Source of the DNA: a virus
Taxonomy: Duplodnaviria > Caudoviricetes
IMG/VR virus record: IMGVR_UViG_3300042256_000025
Direction: 5' to 3' (one strand)
DNA length: 64,000 bases
Below are positions 39,682 through 48,823 of the stretch, piece after piece. A program made the position numbers and the translations under genes. Within the stretch, counting starts at the first letter, position 1; each line of letters opens with the position of its first letter. The notes beneath the pieces were generated by a model. The model searched no databases. It saw nothing but the letters and a program-made list of their open reading frames with translations, and was not told the DNA's origin.

Positions 39682-40071
39682 ATGGGCAGCTATGCAGTAT
39701 ATGGGGGTACAGGTGCGGCCGCCGCGTACGTTAAAAATAACGCCCCCGACCCCCTTACACCGTCATCCACCTCAACACTTGCATCGGGTCCCATTGAAGA
39801 CCCCGTTAATACAGTAGGGTCCATTTTTGGACCCGACTTTATAGCTGTCGTCGATGGACGGCTCTATATAGGCGATGTATCAGCACTGGACATCGGGTCT
39901 ATAGTACTGATTATCTTATCAGTCGCCGCAACGTTATTTAAAGCGTACTACGATTATACAGACTGGCGTGAGCGCCGTCTGGCCCGCTTAAGTGCTACTA
40001 AAGAGGCTAAGGAGTCTAAGCATGCGCCGTCAACATTGGGGGGAGACCATACGTACCCTCCACCGGATTAA
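39682..40071 (+). CDS. Single-TM membrane protein
   Basis: Hydrophobic IGSIVLIILSVAATLF followed by a basic tail. Confidence 0.6.
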   Translation: MGSYAVYGGTGAAAAYVKNNAPDPLTPSSTSTLASGPIEDPVNTVGSIFGPDFIAVVDGRLYIGDVSALDIGSIVLIILSVAATLFKAYYDYTDWRERRLARLSATKEAKESKHAPSTLGGDHTYPPPD

Positions 40072-40621
40072 TCTATCACCCCTTGCCCGTCGGCTAGCAA
40101 GAATGAGGCACCCTACCCGCGCAATCGTTGCTGCCAAAATTATGCGAAACTGCCCCGCCAGTAACCCGAGTGAACCCAAGACCCTTGTTCGTGCCATTGA
40201 GTCGAATACCTGTGTGCAGGCACGGTGGATAGCCGCTAACACACAGTTACTTACACAGGGTGACCAGTTTATTGAGGCGGCGATTCACGAATGGATACAG
40301 CGCCGAGGGTACGAGCGTATTTTTACGTATGTACCTGGTCTGCGAAAATGGTACTGGCGACGACATCGTCCTACCATGGACGTGACCGCCTGTGGGTACC
40401 TTAAGTATCAAATACTGAAGCGCCTCGCTAAGCGCCGCCGCAAGTTGCGACAACGATCACCCTTTAAACGTTTCTACATGGCAGGACTTACCACCTTTTT
40501 GATTACAGGCATTGGTTTATTTTATATGGCACAGTCACACTTGGCTGAAGAAGAGCGCATGGGCCTGATTGATCTGATTGTAAAGGCTGGCAAAATGTTG
40601 TACCAGACAGTATTTGGATAG
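40022..40621 (+). CDS. Basic protein with a C-terminal TM segment
   Basis: AAGGAG RBS before MRRQHW; TM segment FYMAGLTTFLITGIGLFYM. Confidence 0.6.
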   Translation: MRRQHWGETIRTLHRINLSPLARRLARMRHPTRAIVAAKIMRNCPASNPSEPKTLVRAIESNTCVQARWIAANTQLLTQGDQFIEAAIHEWIQRRGYERIFTYVPGLRKWYWRRHRPTMDVTACGYLKYQILKRLAKRRRKLRQRSPFKRFYMAGLTTFLITGIGLFYMAQSHLAEEERMGLIDLIVKAGKMLYQTVFG

Positions 40622-40637
40622 AAAAAAAAAAACATAA

Positions 40638-40665
40638 CCATACCCAGCCCGAAGGCTGGGTATGG
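40638..40665 (-). terminator. Intrinsic terminator
   Basis: Same 28-mer as 30934-30961, with T tract. Confidence 0.85.
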
Positions 40666-40676
40666 CCACTATTGCC

Positions 40677-42431
40677 TTAATTACCGCTATCGACGATATA
40701 GAAGCGATCCAGCTCCCCTACCTTACCGCAACTACGGGCACATTTCACCCACCCCCCTTCTACGTTTGTTACGTAAAAGTAAAACTCACCCTTACGCTTG
40801 TAGGTAAAGTACTGGGTAACCACACCGTGGAGACTCGACATGAGTGTTTCCGTGACCCGACCAGTCGTAACGTCAATACCGGTATCCATGCCGTTGACAT
40901 TAAAGATATCTTCATTGACAGCCAGTACCTCACTCTTAGTAACGCGAATCAGTGCATCACAGTCATCACCGCCGATAGAGAGTTCACCCACATCCAGACC
41001 TACGTCCTGACGATAGGCTTTCATAAACAGGGTGATGAAGTTATCCAGATCACCTGTGGAGTTCAGGTGACTGATAAGCTCATCGATGTCCCCTTCGAAA
41101 CCATTGGTTAGGTCAATATCGATGTCCAGCCCATACTTGAGGACATCGGTAGCAACGCTGGTCGCCAGTTGGTTGAGGGTACGGGCGATGCCGTCCAGAT
41201 CTCGGCTCTTCAATACACCTCTAAGCGCCTTGAAGGTACCCACCCAGTCCGTGAACTCGTCTTCCCCGGCCTCACTGAGTGTCGCCAGGAGTTCCGTTAC
41301 CTTCGTTATTTGGTCGGACTTCTCGATGCTGCAGAGTGCCCCCAGTACAGACGTTACTTCAAACGGTTGGACTGTGGGTTTGAAGGCACCTTTTACACAG
41401 GCATGTTGTGTAACAGCAATGACCCGGTCCATAGACGAGGCTTGCATCTCGTCCACTGTTACAAAGGACAGATCCCTTTCCTCAGGGGTCAGAAGGACGG
41501 TACCCTCATCAGCCAACTCAGCCTCACTGAGATAGGCAGACTTCTCAACCAGGTGATCGCGCTTATTCATGTCCTGTGCTCCTATGGGAATAATGTAATT
41601 ATACAATACCCCTTCGCTGTCGGCTAGGGGCGCCATAAAATGACGTTTACGGTTGTAGGCAACCTTACCCGTTTGCCCCCTCAAGCTAGTGGCATAGAGT
41701 ACGGTCTCCGTGGTGACGCGGAGTTCGTTCTCTTCCTGTACGGGTACGTGAGGCTGTACTACGGCTGGGTTCGGTGCACCTGCCGTAACCAGAGGGGCAT
41801 TAGACCACTGGTCATTAACCTGTGGTACCTTGCCTTGTTTAGCGGGAAGCGCGCGCTCATAGTCAGTTTGAACAGGCGCAGGTTGCCCACCCATCGGCTG
41901 AGGCGTCGGCTGCCCATAGATACCGGTATTCGGTGGCATCGCCATAGGGGCTGCTCCGCGCGGATTATACTGGGACGGTTGAGGCGGGGCGTATTGAGGC
42001 ATGGGTTGCGGATAGGGGCTATAGCCGCCCTGCTGACGACGCTGTTGCTCCTCCAATGCCCGGAGGAACTCAAACGCCTCAATGTGTTTGTTGGTCTGCA
42101 GGTCGGTGTAATACCACCGGCCGTCCTGTGCAGGCCAGGGTTGACTATAACCAGGAATTTGTGGTAGTGTAGACATAATGCTTTCCTTTCGTTCGGTTAA
42201 AGGTTTTTCCGTGTGTGACGGTGGCGGATCGTCTTTGGAGACTCTGAATGTTCTCTCTATTTCTTTTCGTTTTAAACGACGACTGCGATAGGTATCGGCT
42301 TTAGTGTGTTCCTCCATGTACTCAAAGCTATCCACGACGTCCAGATCAGGATCGTCACTGAAGCAGTCGTCCTCAACCGGATCATCGATTTCAACCCAGT
42401 CGTCATCGTCATCGTCGTCGTAGTCGGTCAT
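40677..42431 (-). CDS. Hypothetical protein with acidic and Pro/Gln-rich low-complexity regions
   Basis: 584-aa ORF; alternative RBS-supported starts at 42176 and 41570. Confidence 0.7.
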   Translation of the reverse strand: MTDYDDDDDDDWVEIDDPVEDDCFSDDPDLDVVDSFEYMEEHTKADTYRSRRLKRKEIERTFRVSKDDPPPSHTEKPLTERKESIMSTLPQIPGYSQPWPAQDGRWYYTDLQTNKHIEAFEFLRALEEQQRRQQGGYSPYPQPMPQYAPPQPSQYNPRGAAPMAMPPNTGIYGQPTPQPMGGQPAPVQTDYERALPAKQGKVPQVNDQWSNAPLVTAGAPNPAVVQPHVPVQEENELRVTTETVLYATSLRGQTGKVAYNRKRHFMAPLADSEGVLYNYIIPIGAQDMNKRDHLVEKSAYLSEAELADEGTVLLTPEERDLSFVTVDEMQASSMDRVIAVTQHACVKGAFKPTVQPFEVTSVLGALCSIEKSDQITKVTELLATLSEAGEDEFTDWVGTFKALRGVLKSRDLDGIARTLNQLATSVATDVLKYGLDIDIDLTNGFEGDIDELISHLNSTGDLDNFITLFMKAYRQDVGLDVGELSIGGDDCDALIRVTKSEVLAVNEDIFNVNGMDTGIDVTTGRVTETLMSSLHGVVTQYFTYKRKGEFYFYVTNVEGGWVKCARSCGKVGELDRFYIVDSGN

Positions 42432-42949
42432 AGTCGGAACAATGCCTTCTGTTGTACGCGTTTATGGTTATCGAGTGCCAGTCGCTGTGCTCTGGACTTC
42501 ACGACGTCCAGCCCCTCTTTGATGATAGCATCATAGAGTTGAATGCGGTGGTGTAAATCCCGTGCCAGTAGCACCGCATCATCGGGTAAGGCCTTCTGAT
42601 CAAAATCCATTTTATAGTGCGACATAACGGCACAGATGACCGCGTAGCTTAGCCACTCCATGTGTCGATCCTCTAGCCCACACTCATCATGGTAGATGTA
42701 TACATACAGCGCTTTATACAGCCACGTAATGCACCGATCCACCATAATGCCCTGCATGGACATATCGGTAATATAGGTTTTCAATTCCGCCTGCTTATCT
42801 TCATCAGAATCCACGGCCAGTATAACCAAACTATGGAAGAGCCATTCCGTGGCCCGTACCATAGTGCGGTCAAACGGAGAGAGTGAGACCACCTCCTCTG
42901 ACGTGGAGCGCAGTGCCAGCATTCGGTAGCGCTCCGGATCTATCCGCAT
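42428..42949 (-). CDS. Hypothetical protein
   Basis: 173 aa, AGGAG RBS, ATGA-coupled to the next gene. Confidence 0.7.
   Translation of the reverse strand: MRIDPERYRMLALRSTSEEVVSLSPFDRTMVRATEWLFHSLVILAVDSDEDKQAELKTYITDMSMQGIMVDRCITWLYKALYVYIYHDECGLEDRHMEWLSYAVICAVMSHYKMDFDQKALPDDAVLLARDLHHRIQLYDAIIKEGLDVVKSRAQRLALDNHKRVQQKALFRL
42768..42781 (-). promoter_or_regulatory. Intragenic early-promoter motif
   Basis: AAAACCTATATTAC inside 42428..42949. Confidence 0.5.
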
Positions 42950-42959
42950 AACTAACTCC

Positions 42960-44564
42960 TTATCGCATGGAGATCATTTCCTGCAAGTGTTCCAGTTCAC
43001 GGCGGAACTTAGGATCCACGACCACCCCGTCATGGGGGTCAAGCTGTAAGAAATGGTTGATGGACTCACGGGCCGAGGGTGCCGACTTCGTGATAAAGAG
43101 ATAGGTGTTAACCGTACACTGACTGGCATGCAGTGCGAACGTGGGGGAGGACATTTCCGCCGACTTCTTGGGTCGACCCATACGGTTATTCGATGCCTTA
43201 GCCTGGGGCACAATGGTTTTCGTTACTGAGAAGGGCAAACAATCAGTTGCACTTTCCAGTGTCGTAACCTCCCCATGTCCATTGATATGTTGAATGACGT
43301 TGGTTTTGAATAACTGATCGAAGGTTCGCTCAATGTTCTCAAGCTTCAGTCGATCGCCCGTTAGCTTCACCAACTCAAACAACAGAATTGAGATTGAGAA
43401 CACCACATCGTACATCAGGAACCGTACCGTCTCCAACTGCTTATTGTGGATATCCGCAGGGTCACAATGCATCGTGCGTTCAGTGAAGGTTTTAATGATG
43501 TGTGCAAAGACATCATAGATGTCGCGACAGGGTACCCCTTCATGGGTGAGTTTACGGCGTACCAGATCATCGAGATACGAGTCCACAGAGTCAATGTGAG
43601 CTTCCATCTCTTCCATCGCCTTGCGCTCAGACGACACCTCCGCTTTGATAAAGCGGGGCAAGAGGCGTCGCCAAAGCATGGGGTTATCCACTTGTGATGG
43701 CTCCACCATGTCGGGTTCGTGGTCGATGATGTAAAAGATACCACCAATCGCCGGTGCAATATCAGCGGTCCACTTGTCACGGGGCACGGCAATGCGTAGT
43801 TCGGATGGTGTATACTGCACGTACCCTTTTGCATTAGGACGAATGCCCCGTGATTTACAAATGACCCACTCCTCTGGAGAATAGGTCTCTACGTTAATCT
43901 CATCGTACCCGACACGGACTTCCGCATCAAAGTAACGCTGCAGCCCCTCCGTTAGACCAAACTTACAGAGAATGTAATGAATCAAGAGACTGTGGCGATT
44001 GCGCACGGCATCGCCTTTGCCCTTGCCTTTGATGTTGAATATAGTGGAATATACCGTATCCACGGATACCGACTCCCCATCCGCCTGAAAGCGCACAGGC
44101 ACACGTTGGAACGTAAGTTTCGAACGGGTTACCGGCATGTAGATTCGATCGGGTTCAATACTGAAGATGTTGTCTGCCAGCACTGGTGATACCACAAAAC
44201 TGGATCCACGTACCCGAACAAGTCCACCCCGGCGAATATAGGGGAGCTGTAGGAAACGCGGTTTCAGTTTCTGCCCTTCGAATTCAAACTCATACATGCA
44301 ATGGTACAAGTCTGAATATGCAATCTCATGCTGCCGTTTGCCACGCTTTAAACGAGTCAGCTCCCGTAGCTGTTCCTCTGGAGTCGCGGGACGATACCCA
44401 CAGTAGCGCAGTCCAGGTGGGAAGGATGCACTGGCACAGTGGAGTACCTCGTCCACATACCGCTCAATTCGATCAGACTGCTTGAAGGCCAAACCTTCGC
44501 ATAGGTCTGGATTAAGCCTAGGCTGACTATCCATGCAACGCTTGAGCAATTTACCACCGATCAC
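42960..44564 (-). CDS. Non-virion RNA polymerase beta-like subunit (phiKZ gp123-like)
   Basis: FPPGLRYCGYR..TP.E, LPY...GG...RGS.F.VSPVLAD, HYILCKFG, LHASQ; position two genes downstream of the MCP. Confidence 0.8.
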   Translation of the reverse strand: MIGGKLLKRCMDSQPRLNPDLCEGLAFKQSDRIERYVDEVLHCASASFPPGLRYCGYRPATPEEQLRELTRLKRGKRQHEIAYSDLYHCMYEFEFEGQKLKPRFLQLPYIRRGGLVRVRGSSFVVSPVLADNIFSIEPDRIYMPVTRSKLTFQRVPVRFQADGESVSVDTVYSTIFNIKGKGKGDAVRNRHSLLIHYILCKFGLTEGLQRYFDAEVRVGYDEINVETYSPEEWVICKSRGIRPNAKGYVQYTPSELRIAVPRDKWTADIAPAIGGIFYIIDHEPDMVEPSQVDNPMLWRRLLPRFIKAEVSSERKAMEEMEAHIDSVDSYLDDLVRRKLTHEGVPCRDIYDVFAHIIKTFTERTMHCDPADIHNKQLETVRFLMYDVVFSISILLFELVKLTGDRLKLENIERTFDQLFKTNVIQHINGHGEVTTLESATDCLPFSVTKTIVPQAKASNNRMGRPKKSAEMSSPTFALHASQCTVNTYLFITKSAPSARESINHFLQLDPHDGVVVDPKFRRELEHLQEMISMR

Positions 44565-44617
44565 ATCACGCTCCTTATTCTGATTTTAGCCTAGATCATA
44601 TCACCTGTACGTGTTAA

Positions 44618-45616
44618 TTAACAAACAACGGCCACGCACCACCGCATAAAGTCAACAACTGCCATCACCCCCTTCATAAAGTATGTAAAGAACGTACTCT
44701 TGTCTTTCATCTTCTCTCGATGGCGTTTATCACTCTCCTCCTCGAATTTACGAAACCTCTCTTTATACGCTTTTCGCTCCTTCTCAAACTCCTGCTCCTT
44801 TTCTCGATACGCTTCCTCCTTCGCAGCCTCCTTTACTTTCTTATCGTGTTTATCCCGTTCCTCTACAAAGGCTCGACGCATAGCTTCTAGCTCCGCGCGG
44901 TCTGGGTCCCGATTATCCTCCATTGCATCGAACCGATTCCGATATAGCCGTATACCGTATTTACCACCCCCCTCTGTAAGCTCCTCTACACTATGTAGGT
45001 GCTGTTCTAGCTTACCGGTTACACTGTCCCGCAGTGTAATCAAAACGCCCTCTTGTGCAGGCGTAGGGTCTCTTGTAGGCTTTAATACGTAAACAACCCC
45101 TCCTAGCTTAACAAACAGATTGGGCCAGACCCTGCGGGGATCCAGTATTTCCACCATAATGCCCAGTGTATGGCGCTCATCCATACGCACCCGCATCTCT
45201 TGCGAGAAACGCGGATGCTTAACCTGATCCACATCTGTGGACAGTGCAATGAACAAACCCAGACACTCATCGTAAATGCCCCCATCCGACTCAGCTAACA
45301 GCTCATAACTGTAAGCGTGTCGAATATGGAAACCGTACACGATACCGCCATTACGGTGTTGCATGCTATCGATATCCTCATAAGGGATACCGCACTCGAC
45401 TAATCGGCTGTGATCTGCCTCCGTGTATTCCTCTACAATCGTAAACCGGCCACGGGTGGGATCATTGAGAGCGGCTCTTTCTGGCTCGACATACTCAATG
45501 GTTCCATTGCCGTCAACAATAACAATCGTTATGCCGGTACGGTTGATATATTTTCGACGATAGGTTGGGGTTGTCCCAACCTCAGTAAATCCGCTTCGTG
45601 CTCTTCTCTCAATCAT
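44618..45616 (-). CDS. Conserved hypothetical protein (phiKZ gp122-like) with C-terminal coiled coil
   Basis: Charged helix and hydrophobic end; synteny. Confidence 0.65.
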   Translation of the reverse strand: MIERRARSGFTEVGTTPTYRRKYINRTGITIVIVDGNGTIEYVEPERAALNDPTRGRFTIVEEYTEADHSRLVECGIPYEDIDSMQHRNGGIVYGFHIRHAYSYELLAESDGGIYDECLGLFIALSTDVDQVKHPRFSQEMRVRMDERHTLGIMVEILDPRRVWPNLFVKLGGVVYVLKPTRDPTPAQEGVLITLRDSVTGKLEQHLHSVEELTEGGGKYGIRLYRNRFDAMEDNRDPDRAELEAMRRAFVEERDKHDKKVKEAAKEEAYREKEQEFEKERKAYKERFRKFEEESDKRHREKMKDKSTFFTYFMKGVMAVVDFMRWCVAVVC

Positions 45617-45696
45617 GGTAAGCCTATTAGTAACAGTGACTATTCGGGCGATAGAATTGAAGGTGGAGAAGGCATACGGCGGATGTATGCTTAAGG

Positions 45697-45710
45697 GTAA
45701 TATAGGTTTT
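45697..45710 (-). promoter_or_regulatory. Early promoter for the non-virion RNAP operon
   Basis: AAAACCTATATTAC. Confidence 0.75.
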
Positions 45711-45729
45711 CAACAAAATTGATACACGG

Positions 45730-45769
45730 CATACTCTCCCTATACCCTACGGGGTATAGGGAGAGTATG
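45730..45769. terminator. Long stem-loop
   Basis: catactctccctataccc/gggtatagggagagtatg. Confidence 0.7.
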
Positions 45770-45861
45770 TAATCGCGTTTAGCGCGGGTCAATTTGAGAA
45801 AGAGACCCAGTCAAGGGGAACTTAATCCCTTAGGCACATCCGAGGATGCTTTTTAAATTGT

Positions 45862-45977
45862 AAAAGAGCTTGTTGTTGGTTAGCCACTACATCGCATTTA
45901 CAGAGGGTAATCAACTAACAAAAGAGCTTGTTGTTGGTTAGCCACTATAACGCATTTACAGAGGGTAATCAACTAAC
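45862..45977. repeat. 2 x 58-bp tandem repeat downstream of the MCP gene
   Basis: aaaagagcttgttgttggttagccacta(cat/taa)cgcatttacagagggtaatcaactaac; 2 mismatches. Confidence 0.9.
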
Positions 45978-46025
45978 ATAGGATAGGGTACAGTTAGTAC
46001 CCTATCCCTGAGTCACGCTATACCG

Positions 46026-48185
46026 TTACGGTTTAACGTAGAACTCTTCCAGGTTGGTTACATCGATACGGCCCAGGATCGGCAGGGTCGCAGTGTGCAG
46101 CTCACGCGGCTGTACCTGAATTTCCTGTACAGTAGCACCACCCTGGCTGGAGTTGGCCACTTCGTGAACCAGCGCCGGCATGAACAGGTGAGCACCGAAG
46201 GACAGCGGGTCAACACCACGCTGAGACACACGACGGAAGGATACGTAGATGCGATCACGCATACGAATATCCAGAGACGACACGATGCGGTAGTTACGGT
46301 TTTCACCGAAGGTACGGCTGTCGCCAGACTTCATCAGCAGGCCAGCGATACGCGGGTCAGTACCGACGATGATTTCGTATTCACGGTCTCCACCGGTGAA
46401 CTGCTCCAGGGCCGCCAGGTAACCAGACTCCAGTGCCAGCTTATCCGCCATAGTGGTAACAGCGTCAACCAGCAGAGCACGCAGGTCATCGTAGCCTTCA
46501 CCAGAACGGTTGATGGTTACAACAGACGCAGCGTCCAGAGCACGGGTAGTGTATGTCGGCTTAACGAACAGAGAACCGATCATCGGTGCATTTACGGGTA
46601 CAACACCATCGTTGGCCAGCTGCTTCAGCTGAGCTTCAGCATGCATCAGGGTAGAGACAGAGGCGTTGGAGGAGCGAGTACGCAGAGCCTGTACCAGACC
46701 TTCTACAGTTGCACCGCCACCAGCAGACTTGACCGGACGGACAGAGGCCAGCGGAGAACCGATTGTGATCGGGTAGTAGTAACGGTTGGACTGTGCAGTA
46801 TCGATCAGGATACCTTTCTGACGCAGGTTCGCGTTCACACGGCGAGCTTTCGGCATGTAGCCAACCAGAGCAACTGTGGTAGCTGCAGCCATAGCCTGGT
46901 ATTCTGCACCACTTGTAGCCATCGGAGTCTTGTCAGTACCGACGTACGCTTTACCTACACCTACGCTGTTCGCGTAGACTTCGATGTTGGCGTATTCATT
47001 GTTTGCTACACCGGAGATAGATACCGGCACTTCAACGGTCCAGTCATCACCAGCAGCTACACCCAGCAGAGTGTGCAGGCCCAGGTCAGTGATTGCAACA
47101 CCACCCACGGACTTCATCTTGGCATTCAGGCCCAGTGCGGACTTGAAGGACATGGTCAGGTTGCTGGTGCTACCTTCAGCAGCACGTGTGAAGAGGGCAC
47201 CCGGTACACCGGCGGTGTCGATTTCGAAGACGTGCTTCTTAACAACACTGCCGTCATCAACAGCCACTTCCAGGTAAACAGAGCCCAGTGCAATATTGGG
47301 ATCCAATGCATCGGTCTCATCCTGACCATCGGAACCGATCAGACCCGGGTGGTTGGAGACGGCCAGCAGGTCAGTTTCCACACCGAATTTCAGCGGACGG
47401 GTAACAATGTCCACACCGTTAACAGACAGGGTCTTGTTGCCGACTACTGCAGCGTCAACCAGGAAAGCATCGTTGTTAGCCGCAGCATCAGCACGCGGGT
47501 AAACGTCAGTAGAAGAACCTTCCAGGATAGTGTGGTCTTCGATAGCACGGATCAGGGACTTCTTCTCGAACTCGTACGGCTTGCCGTTTACGCCACGCTT
47601 GGTGCGGTTATACGCGTAAGCGATAGATACGGTCACTTCAGCACCGGATTGAGACGCATCGATTACTTCAGTCGGGAAGAAGGCTTCGTCGAATTCGTTG
47701 TTACCTACTGCCAGGGCGTTCACCAGAACAGAGTGGGACACGAACTTGTCGAAAGAATCCTGAGTGAAGGACTCCATAGACGGCAGTGCAGAATCCACAC
47801 CCGGTACGAACGTATCAACGGTAGTAGCGCCACCGCCGGCTTTACGGGCGGCAATGAAGCTTTCGTGGTAGACTTCCGGATTACCAGCGGCCAGCAGGGT
47901 AATCGCTGCAGCTTCCATGGAAACCTGTACAGCGTGGTCGTTGCCACGGAAGTGTTCGCGCAGTAGGTTTTCCAGACCGGCATCAGCCAGTGCACCCTGT
48001 GCCTGTCCGAAGGTATCTTCCAGGGCATTCAGTGTGGTTTCATCCAGAGATTCCATGGCCACCAGGCTATTGGCGGTTTCAGGAGTAATCAGATCGCCGC
48101 GACGTTCGGCCAGAACACCACTGATCGCGGTAACGATGTCGCTAACACGCGCCTGAGCGCTGTTAATCTTACGGAGCTTGGACAT
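46026..48185 (-). CDS. Major capsid protein (phiKZ gp120-like)
   Basis: 719 aa with strong codon bias; propeptide with AME/SME sites; EFDEAFFPT, N.NLRQKG.LID, IVGTDP, QPR..H...LP; synteny with the helicase and nvRNAP genes. Confidence 0.88.
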   Translation of the reverse strand: MSKLRKINSAQARVSDIVTAISGVLAERRGDLITPETANSLVAMESLDETTLNALEDTFGQAQGALADAGLENLLREHFRGNDHAVQVSMEAAAITLLAAGNPEVYHESFIAARKAGGGATTVDTFVPGVDSALPSMESFTQDSFDKFVSHSVLVNALAVGNNEFDEAFFPTEVIDASQSGAEVTVSIAYAYNRTKRGVNGKPYEFEKKSLIRAIEDHTILEGSSTDVYPRADAAANNDAFLVDAAVVGNKTLSVNGVDIVTRPLKFGVETDLLAVSNHPGLIGSDGQDETDALDPNIALGSVYLEVAVDDGSVVKKHVFEIDTAGVPGALFTRAAEGSTSNLTMSFKSALGLNAKMKSVGGVAITDLGLHTLLGVAAGDDWTVEVPVSISGVANNEYANIEVYANSVGVGKAYVGTDKTPMATSGAEYQAMAAATTVALVGYMPKARRVNANLRQKGILIDTAQSNRYYYPITIGSPLASVRPVKSAGGGATVEGLVQALRTRSSNASVSTLMHAEAQLKQLANDGVVPVNAPMIGSLFVKPTYTTRALDAASVVTINRSGEGYDDLRALLVDAVTTMADKLALESGYLAALEQFTGGDREYEIIVGTDPRIAGLLMKSGDSRTFGENRNYRIVSSLDIRMRDRIYVSFRRVSQRGVDPLSFGAHLFMPALVHEVANSSQGGATVQEIQVQPRELHTATLPILGRIDVTNLEEFYVKP

Positions 48186-48205
48186 TGTGTAATCCTTTTG
48201 TAACG

Positions 48206-48697
48206 TTACATGGAATGGACATAGTGTCCATAAAGTTGAGATTTCATTACTGCATTAACCGGCATGATCAGGGCCATCGCGCAGAAAATGTTTTCCAAAG
48301 TATCCCGCCCATGTTCTAGTGACGATGGGTCTGCATACAATAATGCAGTTTTCTCGTCGACCATTTTACAGGCAAGTTTTTCAAGGAACGGATTAATGTC
48401 GGATACGAGGTCTTCAATCTGTCCGTCCGTGAGGGTTTCACGTAAATGACCGAAAATATCACTGTTTTCAGCTACTGCTATTTCCGCCCAGTTACTCAGT
48501 GCCCCTTTAAGGGGTGAGTGCTCTCGATGACGTTTTTCGAACTGACGGATGAAGTGGTCCGTCTGAAGCCCCACAATCCAATAATCGTTGTGGGTTAGGT
48601 GCTTAAAGAAAACGTCCACATCTGCCACAGATTCCAGTGGCACGTTCTGGGCAGTCAGGGCATTTACGAGTGTCTCGTTTAACACCATAACTTTCAT
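48206..48697 (-). CDS. Conserved protein upstream of the MCP (phiKZ gp119-like)
   Basis: AAGGA RBS before MKVMVL; synteny. Confidence 0.6.
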   Translation of the reverse strand: MKVMVLNETLVNALTAQNVPLESVADVDVFFKHLTHNDYWIVGLQTDHFIRQFEKRHREHSPLKGALSNWAEIAVAENSDIFGHLRETLTDGQIEDLVSDINPFLEKLACKMVDEKTALLYADPSSLEHGRDTLENIFCAMALIMPVNAVMKSQLYGHYVHSM

Positions 48698-48823
48698 ACG
48701 TTTATCCTTGTGGGTGTTAATGTTCGCCATACGATCAGGCTTAATAATGAGTGTATGTTTGGATTATAATCATCGGTCATGATGGTATACGACGAAGACG
48801 ATTGTGATAAAGGAAACGCGACA

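Noticed and set aside
30934-40665. Identical 28-bp palindromes as ends of a mobile element
   Set aside because: They are TTCG-loop terminators with T tracts and enclose core genes (portal, resolvase); there is no transposase or integrase.
40662-42167. Several 149-175-aa plus-strand ORFs
   Set aside because: Antisense to the 584-aa gene; no RBS or domain evidence.
45862-45977. Mini-CRISPR array or DGR template
   Set aside because: The units are contiguous with no unique spacer. The minus-strand aaccaacaacaa run does not align to the VRs.
46095-47966. 623-aa plus-strand ORF antisense to the major capsid gene
   Set aside because: Shadow ORF produced by the strong codon bias of the MCP; no RBS and no recognisable motifs.
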